Of a stretch of DNA of 32,000 nt, positions 18,373 through 25,072 are shown one piece after another (position 1 is the stretch's first letter; each line of letters opens with the position of its first letter). The position numbers and the translations under genes were made by a program. Location: positions 2,970,001 to 3,002,000 of the forward strand of contig NZ_CP042911.1 of NCBI RefSeq assembly GCF_008065095.1. The letters are read 5' to 3'. The notes below the pieces were generated by a model. It did not search any database. It was not told where the DNA came from and worked only from the letters and a program-made list of their open reading frames with translations. This DNA comes from Gemmata obscuriglobus (lineage in GTDB: Bacteria; Planctomycetota; Planctomycetia; Gemmatales; Gemmataceae).

Positions 18373-18771
18373 ATGTTCGGACCGGATCAATTTCACAAGC
18401 GAGTTGCCGGTGACGGCGCGAGCGTCACGGACCGGCCAACAGTGAAATACGTCGGCGTGCGAACCGACACCGGTGTGACCGTCGCGCGCGAGGACGACCG
18501 GGGAGGGATTCACCCGTTGGCCGCTCGAACCGATCTGAAAAATCACTCGCCGGCGGGGTTCGAGTGGGGATACGGTGGCTCGGGACCGGCACAACTCGCA
18601 CTGGCAGTTCTTGCTGACGCTCTGGGCGCGGAGCGGGCGCTCGCAAGTTATCAGAAATTTAAGTCCCGTGTGGTCGCAAAACTTGCCCGGACGACCTGGG
18701 AACTTTCGCGCGACGAAGTGGTCGCTTGGTACAGGCAACTCACGGCCGAGCCAGATTCGCAACCGGAGTGA
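18373..18771 (+). CDS. Small conserved hypothetical protein (DUF6166-like from memory)
   Basis: Motif GFEWGYGGSGPAQLALAVLADALG. GGTGAGGGG lies just upstream of the ATG. Same strand as the relaxase, 27 nt after the preceding gene. Confidence 0.6.
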   Translation: MFGPDQFHKRVAGDGASVTDRPTVKYVGVRTDTGVTVAREDDRGGIHPLAARTDLKNHSPAGFEWGYGGSGPAQLALAVLADALGAERALASYQKFKSRVVAKLARTTWELSRDEVVAWYRQLTAEPDSQPE

Positions 18772-19030
18772 TCCCGCACCGGCCACGGGTGCTCCGCCGC
18801 GATGGTCAAATTGCGCTCATAGTGCGTGGTGTGTAGCCCCCGAGTTGTGCGACGCACCGCTCGGGGGCTCGCGCTCGCAACAACCGTTCCTGCTCCGATC
18901 AGCAACGGCTTCTACGGCTGCTCAGCTCTTTCACGCGCTTGACGGTGCGTGAAGAATCGGTCGATATTTGGGCGGGCCCCCGTCCCACAACACAGTGGTC
19001 ATCGGGCACAACTTGCAAGCGCCGCCGGGG

Positions 19031-19065
19031 ACCCAAATAAGTGCCGGGGGCTCATCACCCCCGGC
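19031..19065 (-). terminator. Terminator candidate for the DUF932 gene
   Basis: 8-bp GC stem gccggggg/cccccggc with a 7-nt loop, 16 nt after the stop. On the minus strand it is followed by ACTTATTTGGG. Confidence 0.5.
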
Positions 19066-19080
19066 GAGAAATCGCTCGCG

Positions 19081-20034
19081 TTACGGCAACGCTAATTCAA
19101 AAGCCCGTTGCTTGAGCCGCGCCCCGCTGCCGAACCACGCCGAATCGAGTCGACTATCTGCGTCTTTAACGCCGCGCGTGTGGTCGACCCAGTCGGTGAT
19201 CGCGTTGTAGGCCCCCCAGTACGTTCCGAAGACGCCATTTATCCGCGCACCGGGAGCCGCGTGGTAGGCCCATTGCAAGGTGTCCCACGCCTTTGGCATT
19301 TTACCCATGCGTTGAACCGATTCGGGCACCTCCAGCACATCGATGACGTATTTGCGAAACCCGTCGACGGGCAACCGCCGCGACACCATGCGTTGATAGT
19401 CGGCGAGCGAGGCCGAAAAAGTCTTCGCCGCCATGTCGATGGTGTGTTGCACCAGAACGAGACTCGTTTCAAGGCCGGTGGTGTGCCGCACGCGTACGCA
19501 GTCCTCGAATCCGCGTTCGGCCCGCCGGTCGGCAGCGTTCAGCGTGTTCGCACACACCACGCGGATGCTGGTAAACTGCGCCCGTACTGCTTGGCTCGCG
19601 TCATGTGCGTTGGAGAGCAGGAAATACCCGCGCACCGGATCACCGTCGACGACTTCGGCCTCGGCTCCATTAATTCGAGCGAGGACCCAAATCCGCTTTC
19701 CTTCTTTGAGTGAGCCGGCCGCTTCGAGCGAGCACGCGCCGGCTGATAGAAACGGCTCGAAGAACGAGAACGCCCGATCGTTCTGCATGAGGGTGTAACC
19801 GCTTCCGACGACCCCTATTACTTTCCCATCTGATTCGCGAACGGTCGCACGGTGCGTCGGCACCGGACAGCCGGCCTCGGTAAATAGCGGCACCATTCGC
19901 ACCCGCCAGTCGAGCCCCGCGAGACGGATCGCGTCTTCGACGTTGGGCGCCTCGTGGAGCGTAACGCCGAGACGGTGCCAAGCCGGTTGACGGACGAAAA
20001 AACCTGATTCAAACTCGTGTGTCATATTCCTCAT
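19081..20034 (-). CDS. DUF932-family phage/plasmid-like protein (317 aa; alternative ATG at 20025)
   Basis: N-terminus MTHEFESGFFVRQPAWHRLGVTL and the overall length match my memory of DUF932/TIGR03299 proteins of conjugative elements. Confidence 0.75.
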   Translation of the reverse strand: MRNMTHEFESGFFVRQPAWHRLGVTLHEAPNVEDAIRLAGLDWRVRMVPLFTEAGCPVPTHRATVRESDGKVIGVVGSGYTLMQNDRAFSFFEPFLSAGACSLEAAGSLKEGKRIWVLARINGAEAEVVDGDPVRGYFLLSNAHDASQAVRAQFTSIRVVCANTLNAADRRAERGFEDCVRVRHTTGLETSLVLVQHTIDMAAKTFSASLADYQRMVSRRLPVDGFRKYVIDVLEVPESVQRMGKMPKAWDTLQWAYHAAPGARINGVFGTYWGAYNAITDWVDHTRGVKDADSRLDSAWFGSGARLKQRAFELALP

Positions 20035-20043
20035 TTGTGAAAG

Positions 20044-20075
20044 GCCGCCAGGGCTTTCCCCCCTGGCGGCTTTTT
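20044..20075 (+). terminator. Canonical intrinsic-terminator-shaped hairpin on the + strand, with no + gene ending nearby
   Basis: gccgccaggg-ctttccc-ccctggcggc (10-bp stem) followed by TTTTT. It sits 10 nt upstream of the minus-strand DUF932 start. Confidence 0.45.
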
Positions 20076-20138
20076 GTTGAACGCCCGCCGATTCTGGCTG
20101 CTTCGGGCGACCTTAAAACTCCCAGCCCCAAATCGCGT

Positions 20139-20208
20139 TTTTTCGGCAGGTGGGGGAATCGGGTTTCTCACCCCTTCTGGAAACCCGATTCCCCCACCTG
20201 TCGAAAAA
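20139..20208 (+). other. 70-nt hairpin with a 29-bp stem and 12-nt loop in an intergenic region
   Basis: tttttcggcaggtgggggaatcgggtttc / gaaacccgattcccccacctgtcgaaaaa. The only non-Watson-Crick pair (g20146:t20201) is a G:U on the + strand. Confidence 0.8.
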
Positions 20209-20515
20209 GGCAATTCCACGCACGGCCCGCCCTGGGGCCGTGACAAGAAAGGTCGTCACGCACCCTCGAGAAATCAGCGCAGCGGTTGCACGGGTAGTGG
20301 CGCAGCGAAGCGGAGCGGAACGACCGTTAGGTTGGCACGCCCGTGCTGCCGCGTAGCGGTGGGAGAACTTCAGAGCCTGCGAATCGCGACACCCGAAATA
20401 ATTCGCAACATGCGCTCGGGATCGAACGGGCACCGACGAAGTGGAAACTCAAGCCCCGTTGCTTGGCCTGCCGATACCCGGGGTCGAATGTCCCAATGAG
20501 AACGGAGCCGGCTGG

Positions 20516-20719
20516 ATGACACCGTTTGAGCGCCCCGACCGCTGCTGTCCGAAATGTGAGCACAAAGGGTATTTGTTCCGAGCCCGGAGAGCAGTCGACG
20601 GCAAACCGGGCGAGGGGAACTTCGTCGAGACCAAGTACCGGTGCCGGTCGTGTGCGCACGAGTGGTGGGAGCGGATTCCGGCACCGCCGGAACAGAAGCG
20701 AACGGGCGACGCTGCGTAA
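20516..20719 (+). CDS. Small Zn-ribbon protein (67 aa)
   Basis: CPKC...CRSC four-Cys ribbon. GGAG lies 8 nt upstream of ATG 20516; the ORF is open from 20441. Confidence 0.45.
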   Translation: MTPFERPDRCCPKCEHKGYLFRARRAVDGKPGEGNFVETKYRCRSCAHEWWERIPAPPEQKRTGDAA

Positions 20720-20774
20720 CGCAACTCTGACCGCATGCGGCACCCGAGCCACGCGCGGCCAAGTGAGTTGTGAT

Positions 20775-21020
20775 TCAAATCCTCGAGCCCTGGGTTCCTA
20801 ACGCACCGTGCGGCCGGTGCGTGTGCAGGTCGGCGAACGGACCGCCCGCCGCGTTGAGTTCTGTGAGCGCCAGTTGCATCACCTCGTCGATCGATTCTCG
20901 AAGGCATTTTGGCCCGTCGCACCCGCAGTGTCGGACGCAGTACGCACAGCGGCGACAGAGGCCAACGACACAGTCGCAGTGCCGGAGGTTACCTCGGCGG
21001 TAACAGCACCCACAGGTCAT
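20775..21020 (-). CDS. Small cysteine-rich protein (81 aa, 12 Cys in the first 39 residues)
   Basis: MTCGCCYRRGNLRHCDCVVGLCRRCAYCVRHCGCDGPKC... AGGAGGG lies 8 nt upstream of the ATG. Confidence 0.55.
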   Translation of the reverse strand: MTCGCCYRRGNLRHCDCVVGLCRRCAYCVRHCGCDGPKCLRESIDEVMQLALTELNAAGGPFADLHTHRPHGALGTQGSRI

Positions 21021-21504
21021 GAGTTGAACCCTCCTGGAAAACCACGGAAGGGTTCATTGAAGCGCGAATGTAAAATTGCGCAATGCCGGTTGCAACGATT
21101 TTGCGACCGGCTGCGCTTCTCGCGAGCAATGAGCGGGGATGCCACCGGCCCTTTTTCAGCGCCGAATACTGGAGCACGGCGCCGGGAACGGTGTGGGCGA
21201 GCGAAACCATTTCGAACGAACAATGTTCTTGTTAGCTCGTGCGCACCGCGAAAAACACCGATCAGCCGCCAAATATCGTGAAAAAGCAGCAGGTTACACT
21301 TCTTAAATCACTGTACGAGAAATGCAGAATATGCTATTGTCCAAACGAAATTACGACACTCTCCCGAATTACCCTTATTGCTTATGGACGACATGAATCA
21401 TGATGAAAATCTAAACGCAAGCGGTGGTGACGGGAGAGCACCGCTCGTTTGGACTCGTGAGCCGTGGTAGCCGTAAACAACGAAATGGCGACGCAAGGAG
21501 GCCA

Positions 21505-21732
21505 ATGGACAAGGTCAGAGTGAGTCTTGCCGGACAAAATGGGAACGCTTTCCACCTGCTCGGAGTGTTTCGGCGAGCAGCAGTAAAACAGGGCTGGTCG
21601 GACGAGGAGATCCGCACCGTGTTCGATGAAGCGAAGAGCAAAGATTACGACCACCTGATTCGCACCCTTTTAGCTCATTGCGAAGAACCAAGTGACGACG
21701 CAGAGGCGGGATGCCGGAATCCCTCGTGGTGA
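21505..21732 (+). CDS. Small conserved plasmid/phage-type protein (75 aa)
   Basis: AAGGAGG lies 4 nt upstream of the ATG. MDKVRVSLAGQNGNAFHLLGVFRRAAVKQGWSDEEIRTVFDEAKSKDYDHLIRTL resembles a small family I recall from mobile elements, with no name assigned. Confidence 0.65.
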   Translation: MDKVRVSLAGQNGNAFHLLGVFRRAAVKQGWSDEEIRTVFDEAKSKDYDHLIRTLLAHCEEPSDDAEAGCRNPSW

Positions 21733-21998
21733 TCGGAAAAGACGACCGACTTGTTCGGCTCGACACGAAGTCGGCACTCCCGGCAGTCATTAGCCGGCCC
21801 GGGTCACGTGCTGAGGCAAAGTTCTTCTCGGTAACGATACGCGACATCAACAACGCTCGGGTTGCGTTCGACCGGTGCAGAAGTTTTTCGCTTGGGTCGA
21901 GGACCTGGACGGGAACGTCTTACGCTCACGACCCGACCCAAAGGGGTGCCCATTCACTGAAAACAGAGGAACATGACGGGAGAGCACTTAAGTCTTGA
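21711..21998 (+). CDS. Overlapping small ORF A carrying the LVVIGKDDRLVRL motif
   Basis: Paralogous to ORF B (22256-22393). The shared 13-aa motif differs mostly at synonymous third positions. It starts 22 nt inside the preceding gene. The true 3' end is uncertain. Confidence 0.4.
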   Translation: MPESLVVIGKDDRLVRLDTKSALPAVISRPGSRAEAKFFSVTIRDINNARVAFDRCRSFSLGSRTWTGTSYAHDPTQRGAHSLKTEEHDGRALKS

Positions 21999-22326
21999 AG
22001 AGAAGATGACCGCGTTCGCACAGACGTTCCCCAGCATGACAGATGCCATGGGCGTAGCCCCCTGGGATGCGGGCGCCTTTGACCGGTGGGCCGACGAAAC
22101 ACCGATCTCGCACGGCGAACGCATCACCGCCCAGTTCCTGCTCGCCGTGTGGGACTCGGGTAACACGTGGAAGTGCGGACGGTTCGACGTCGTGCAAGCT
22201 TTGAGGCTCTGGGGCCCCAGCACCGAGCCGCATTTCTCGCTTGGGTCGTTAATCCATGGTGGGCGTGAACAGCAGAAGTCTGACCGTGGGATTTCCAAAG
22301 CCCGATGGCCTGGTTGTGCTCGGTAA
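21973..22326 (+). CDS. Small ICE/plasmid-type protein, with a possible frameshift near 22211-22218
   Basis: HGERITAQFLLAVWDSGNTWKCGRFDVVQAL resembles a small protein family from integrative conjugative elements (from memory). After the G4C4 run the annotated frame turns low-complexity, while the -1 frame reads QHRAAFLAWVVNPWWA-stop at 22266-22268. Confidence 0.55.
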   Translation: MTGEHLSLEEKMTAFAQTFPSMTDAMGVAPWDAGAFDRWADETPISHGERITAQFLLAVWDSGNTWKCGRFDVVQALRLWGPSTEPHFSLGSLIHGGREQQKSDRGISKARWPGCAR

Positions 22327-22393
22327 AGATGACAAGCTGGTGCGCCTCACCAACCCGGCAGAGATAATTGTTTACTCGGCATCGGAACGCTGA
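22256..22393 (+). CDS. Overlapping small ORF B carrying the LVVLGKDDKLVRL motif (45 aa)
   Basis: Not in the supplied ORF track (too short). MVGVNSRSLTVGFPKPDGLVVLGKDDKLVRLTNPAEIIVYSASER. Paralogue of ORF A with synonymous-type divergence. Confidence 0.4.
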   Translation: MVGVNSRSLTVGFPKPDGLVVLGKDDKLVRLTNPAEIIVYSASER

Positions 22394-22773
22394 ATCTCTT
22401 GGCGCAGGTCGACACGGGCCTCGGCGTTCATGGCCAGCACGCGCACGGTCGCCCGTCCGCACGGGGTTCTACCGGCGATGACCGGCCCTTGAAACTCGAA
22501 GTGGTCGTCCCACGTCTGCCGGCGCGGATGAAAAAGGGGCTCGATCGCGTCTGTGACCGGGTCGATGCCCGACAGATTTGGGCCCTTGTGCAGGTTGCAG
22601 TGGGAGCACGCGAGGGCCAAATTGCTTTCGTCATCGCCGCCGCCGTGCTGGATCGCGATCACGTGCTCGGTCTGGTACGTGATAAACGGCTCGTCGCTCT
22701 GCCGGGTGCGGCAGTACTCGCAGCGGTGACCGGCTCGATCGCGGACGAGTCTGCGGACGGCGGCGAGGACCAT
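22372..22773 (-). CDS. HNH endonuclease (133 aa)
   Basis: RCEYCRTRQSDEPFITYQTEHVIAIQHGGGDDESNLALACSHCNLHKG (CxxC...H-N-H...CxxC...). The start overlaps the upstream stop (TAATG). Confidence 0.9.
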   Translation of the reverse strand: MVLAAVRRLVRDRAGHRCEYCRTRQSDEPFITYQTEHVIAIQHGGGDDESNLALACSHCNLHKGPNLSGIDPVTDAIEPLFHPRRQTWDDHFEFQGPVIAGRTPCGRATVRVLAMNAEARVDLRQEIQRSDAE

Positions 22774-23048
22774 TACGCGCGCGACCTGTTAAGAACCGAG
22801 CGGGCTTTGGCCTGGAGCACGGCAATGAGGTTCGCCCCGCTGACGAGGGCCTCGTACTCGGCTAGTTCCTCGGGGGCGAGCTGACCTTCGTGGTGACGGT
22901 GTGCGAGGTCTTCGATTCGGTCCTGGGTCACCTGGTCGGCGCGCAGGTCGGCGATGGCGCGAGCGACCTCGGGGGTCAGGATGTCGCGGACCGGGTTCAG
23001 CAGACGGTCGAGCACCTGATGGCGGTTCTGGGCGGCAGTTTGTGCCAT
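22773..23048 (-). CDS. Small helical partner protein of the HNH endonuclease (91 aa, antitoxin-like)
   Basis: AGAGG lies 8 nt upstream of the ATG, with a 1-nt overlap with the HNH start. Charged helical composition (EGQLAPEELAEYEALVSGANLIAVLQAKARSVL). Confidence 0.65.
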   Translation of the reverse strand: MAQTAAQNRHQVLDRLLNPVRDILTPEVARAIADLRADQVTQDRIEDLAHRHHEGQLAPEELAEYEALVSGANLIAVLQAKARSVLNRSRA

Positions 23049-23318
23049 AACTTCAGCCTCTCTTCACACATTACCACCCTAATAGTACCCGAAAAACACG
23101 GACCAGTCGAGTGAAACGGACGTGCTGGGACTCGCTTCGCGAGTTGTCCAGGCGGAAGGTCGCGTGCCCCGCTCCAGCATCGCAGCACGAGCCTCCGGCT
23201 GCCGTAGCGATCTTGGTCCGCTCAGCCTCGGTGACGTGATGAATGGCCGGCCGGCCGGGCCGAGAGGTGAAACTTGAATAACTTGACCCCATCCGACATG
23301 AGCTGATACGGTTCGTCC

Positions 23319-23822
23319 GTGGCTCGCGAACTGACGATTTCCAACTTTGGGCTCTTCATCGGCTATGTGCTGCCGGGTTTTACGGCCCTCGGTGGGTTGC
23401 CGTTCCTGGCCGGTGCTACTGGCTGGGGAACGGCCGCGGACGGTTCCGATCCCTCGATCACCGAATTCCTCTCGGGTACGGTCGAGGCGGTGGCAACGGG
23501 CCTGACCGTCAGTACCGTCCGCTGGCTTGTGGTCGACACGATCCACCACCGCACCGGGCTCCGGCCGCCGCGCTGGGATTTTCGGGTGCTGGACGAAGCG
23601 GCAGACGCGTTCGAGCTCCTGATCCAGATCCATTACCATTATTATAAGTTTTACGCGAACATGGTCGTCGCGCTCGTTTGGGCGTATCTGGCCGGGGGCT
23701 ACGCGTACGGGTGGCGAGGGCTCTGGTACGGGGTGCTTGCAGCACTCTTCTTCGTCGCTTCACGCGATACGCTCATGAAGTACTACGAGCGATCGGGCCG
23801 TCTTCTGAGTTCGTCGTCCTAG
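23319..23822 (+). CDS. Hypothetical membrane protein (167 aa, GTG start)
   Basis: Hydrophobic segments FGLFIGYVLPGFTALGGLPFLAGA, FYANMVVALVWAYLAGGYAYGW and LWYGVLAALFFVA. The antisense ORF 23079-23639 is R/P-rich junk. Confidence 0.6.
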   Translation: MARELTISNFGLFIGYVLPGFTALGGLPFLAGATGWGTAADGSDPSITEFLSGTVEAVATGLTVSTVRWLVVDTIHHRTGLRPPRWDFRVLDEAADAFELLIQIHYHYYKFYANMVVALVWAYLAGGYAYGWRGLWYGVLAALFFVASRDTLMKYYERSGRLLSSSS

Positions 23823-24073
23823 ACCCCGTTCTTGGGCGCCCGGATCGGCATCAGGGCCGCCATCTCCACTTCCAGGGCAACCGCCAGCCGCTCGATGTTT
23901 TCCAGCGAGATGTTTCGTTTGCCCCGCTCCACGCTGCTCACGTACGTGCGGTGGAGCCCCGCGAGCTCGGCGAGCCTCTCCTGCGAGATGCCGGCACCTT
24001 CCCGGACCTCGCGCAGCCGCTCACCGAATCGCTCGCAGACATTGGCCAAGACCGCGCACCCGACGAGAGCCAC
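23819..24073 (-). CDS. XRE-family HTH transcriptional regulator (84 aa, GTG start)
   Basis: FGERLREVREGAGISQERLAELAGLHRTYVSSVERGKRNISLENIERLAVAL is a textbook Cro/C1-type HTH. Confidence 0.88.
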   Translation of the reverse strand: MALVGCAVLANVCERFGERLREVREGAGISQERLAELAGLHRTYVSSVERGKRNISLENIERLAVALEVEMAALMPIRAPKNGV

Positions 24074-24126
24074 AAACGAAAATACCGTTTGACGTGACTC
24101 TCGGGGACCGCATACGATAGGTCCAC

Positions 24127-24155
24127 ATCCTTTACGTCACGGTGACGTAAAGGAT
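24127..24155. promoter_or_regulatory. Perfect 29-bp palindrome, candidate operator of the XRE regulator
   Basis: ATCCTTTACGTCAC-G-GTGACGTAAAGGAT, 54 nt upstream of the XRE start. An extra TGACGT half-site lies at 24090-24095. Confidence 0.6.
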
Positions 24156-24185
24156 TCAATCGCAACTCGGTGCAGAAGGGCCCAC

Positions 24186-24326
24186 ATGACCAACGGCGGC
24201 AGCCCCCACGGCCACGGGAAGAAGGCAGACGAGACCAAGACGAAGGAAAAGCAGGACACAACGACGCTGGCCAAAAAGAAGATGGTTCCAAAGGACCAGA
24301 AGAAAGAACCGAAAAAGAAAGCGTAG
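24186..24326 (+). CDS. Lys-rich micro-ORF (46 aa) divergent from the XRE gene
   Basis: MTNGGSPHGHGKKADETKTKEKQDTTTLAKKKMVPKDQKKEPKKKA. AGAAGGG lies 5 nt upstream. A hairpin starts 3 nt after the stop. Not in the supplied track. Confidence 0.35.
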   Translation: MTNGGSPHGHGKKADETKTKEKQDTTTLAKKKMVPKDQKKEPKKKA

Positions 24327-24328
24327 CC

Positions 24329-24364
24329 AAGAGTGCCGGACCGCTCCTGTGGTCCGGCACTCTT
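24329..24364 (+). terminator. Hairpin terminator candidate after the Lys-rich micro-ORF
   Basis: 14-bp stem aagagtgccggacc/ggtccggcactctt with an 8-nt loop, followed by cgTTTaaa (weak U-tract). Confidence 0.5.
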
Positions 24365-24597
24365 CGTTTAAACAAGTTCACAAAACCGCCAAGCCGCAGA
24401 CGTTTTGAGCAGCCGCGACAGCTCTGCCTCGGATCGTCGACTACGGCACCTCCCGAGCGGATGGTGCGGATGGCGAACGTGCGGGCGGCTTTGCCTTTTC
24501 ACCTACGAGTGATCGGATTTCGGCTGCGAGTGTGTTGGCGATTCTTCCGTGTGCGTTTTCACCCCCGTGGCGCATTTCCCCCCTTCCAACTCGGTCA

Positions 24598-24669
24598 CCC
24601 CGTCACCGTTGGCCGCCTCTCGCGGTGCTCGCGGCGAGTGGCACCGCAGAGGCGGCCGACGGTGGCGGG
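24598..24669 (+). ncRNA. Candidate structured RNA element: 29-bp hairpin inside a ~700-bp ORF-poor stretch
   Basis: Positions 24599-24628 pair with 24641-24669, with one bulge (c24621). Two pairs (t24610:g24658, t24603:g24665) are G:U only if transcribed from the + strand. The loop is 12 nt. Confidence 0.3.
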
Positions 24670-25072
24670 AAAGGGGGTAGCTCGACTGTCTGATGAGCCC
24701 GTCTTTGGGGCACCTTCGAGCCCGAGGGAGCCGGGAGCGGTGCTCACGTCTGCCCGCCACGTTCGCTTTCGAGGCCTCCTTTAAAGAGGCGATTCGTGGG
24801 TAGGTCTTGAAAGGGAGGGTGCGGGAACCGCAGGTTCCTGCAAAGGGTGAGGCTTCCCTCCGCGTTTATCTTGGGCGTTTCGCTGCCACCATTTGAGCGA
24901 TGCGCCGAATGCGACAAGTGAACCTGCTGCGCCTCAAAAGGCTCTATCCATTTCCGCCACTGGATTCGCCCAATGCCAGCAACCCACCAACTCGACAAGT
25001 AAGCTATTTGCCCCCGACCGGCCCGAACTGGTGAAGTCACCGAAGCTAAAGCCCTCTTGGAGGACGGTACGG

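Noticed and set aside
23079-23639. 186-aa minus-strand ORF
   Set aside because: It overlaps the + strand membrane-protein ORF, which has coherent hydrophobic segments. The minus product is Arg/Pro/Gly-rich.
24690-24697. CTGATGAG, the hammerhead ribozyme core box
   Set aside because: A short stem II (gccc/gggc) can be drawn after it. However, no GAAA box or stem III/cleavage-site arrangement follows, so this is most likely a chance occurrence.
24170-24784. 204-aa + strand ORF
   Set aside because: It reads straight through a 14-bp-stem terminator hairpin and the long RNA-type hairpin. The product is Arg/Pro-rich nonsense. The short Lys-rich frame at 24186-24326 is more plausible for the first part.
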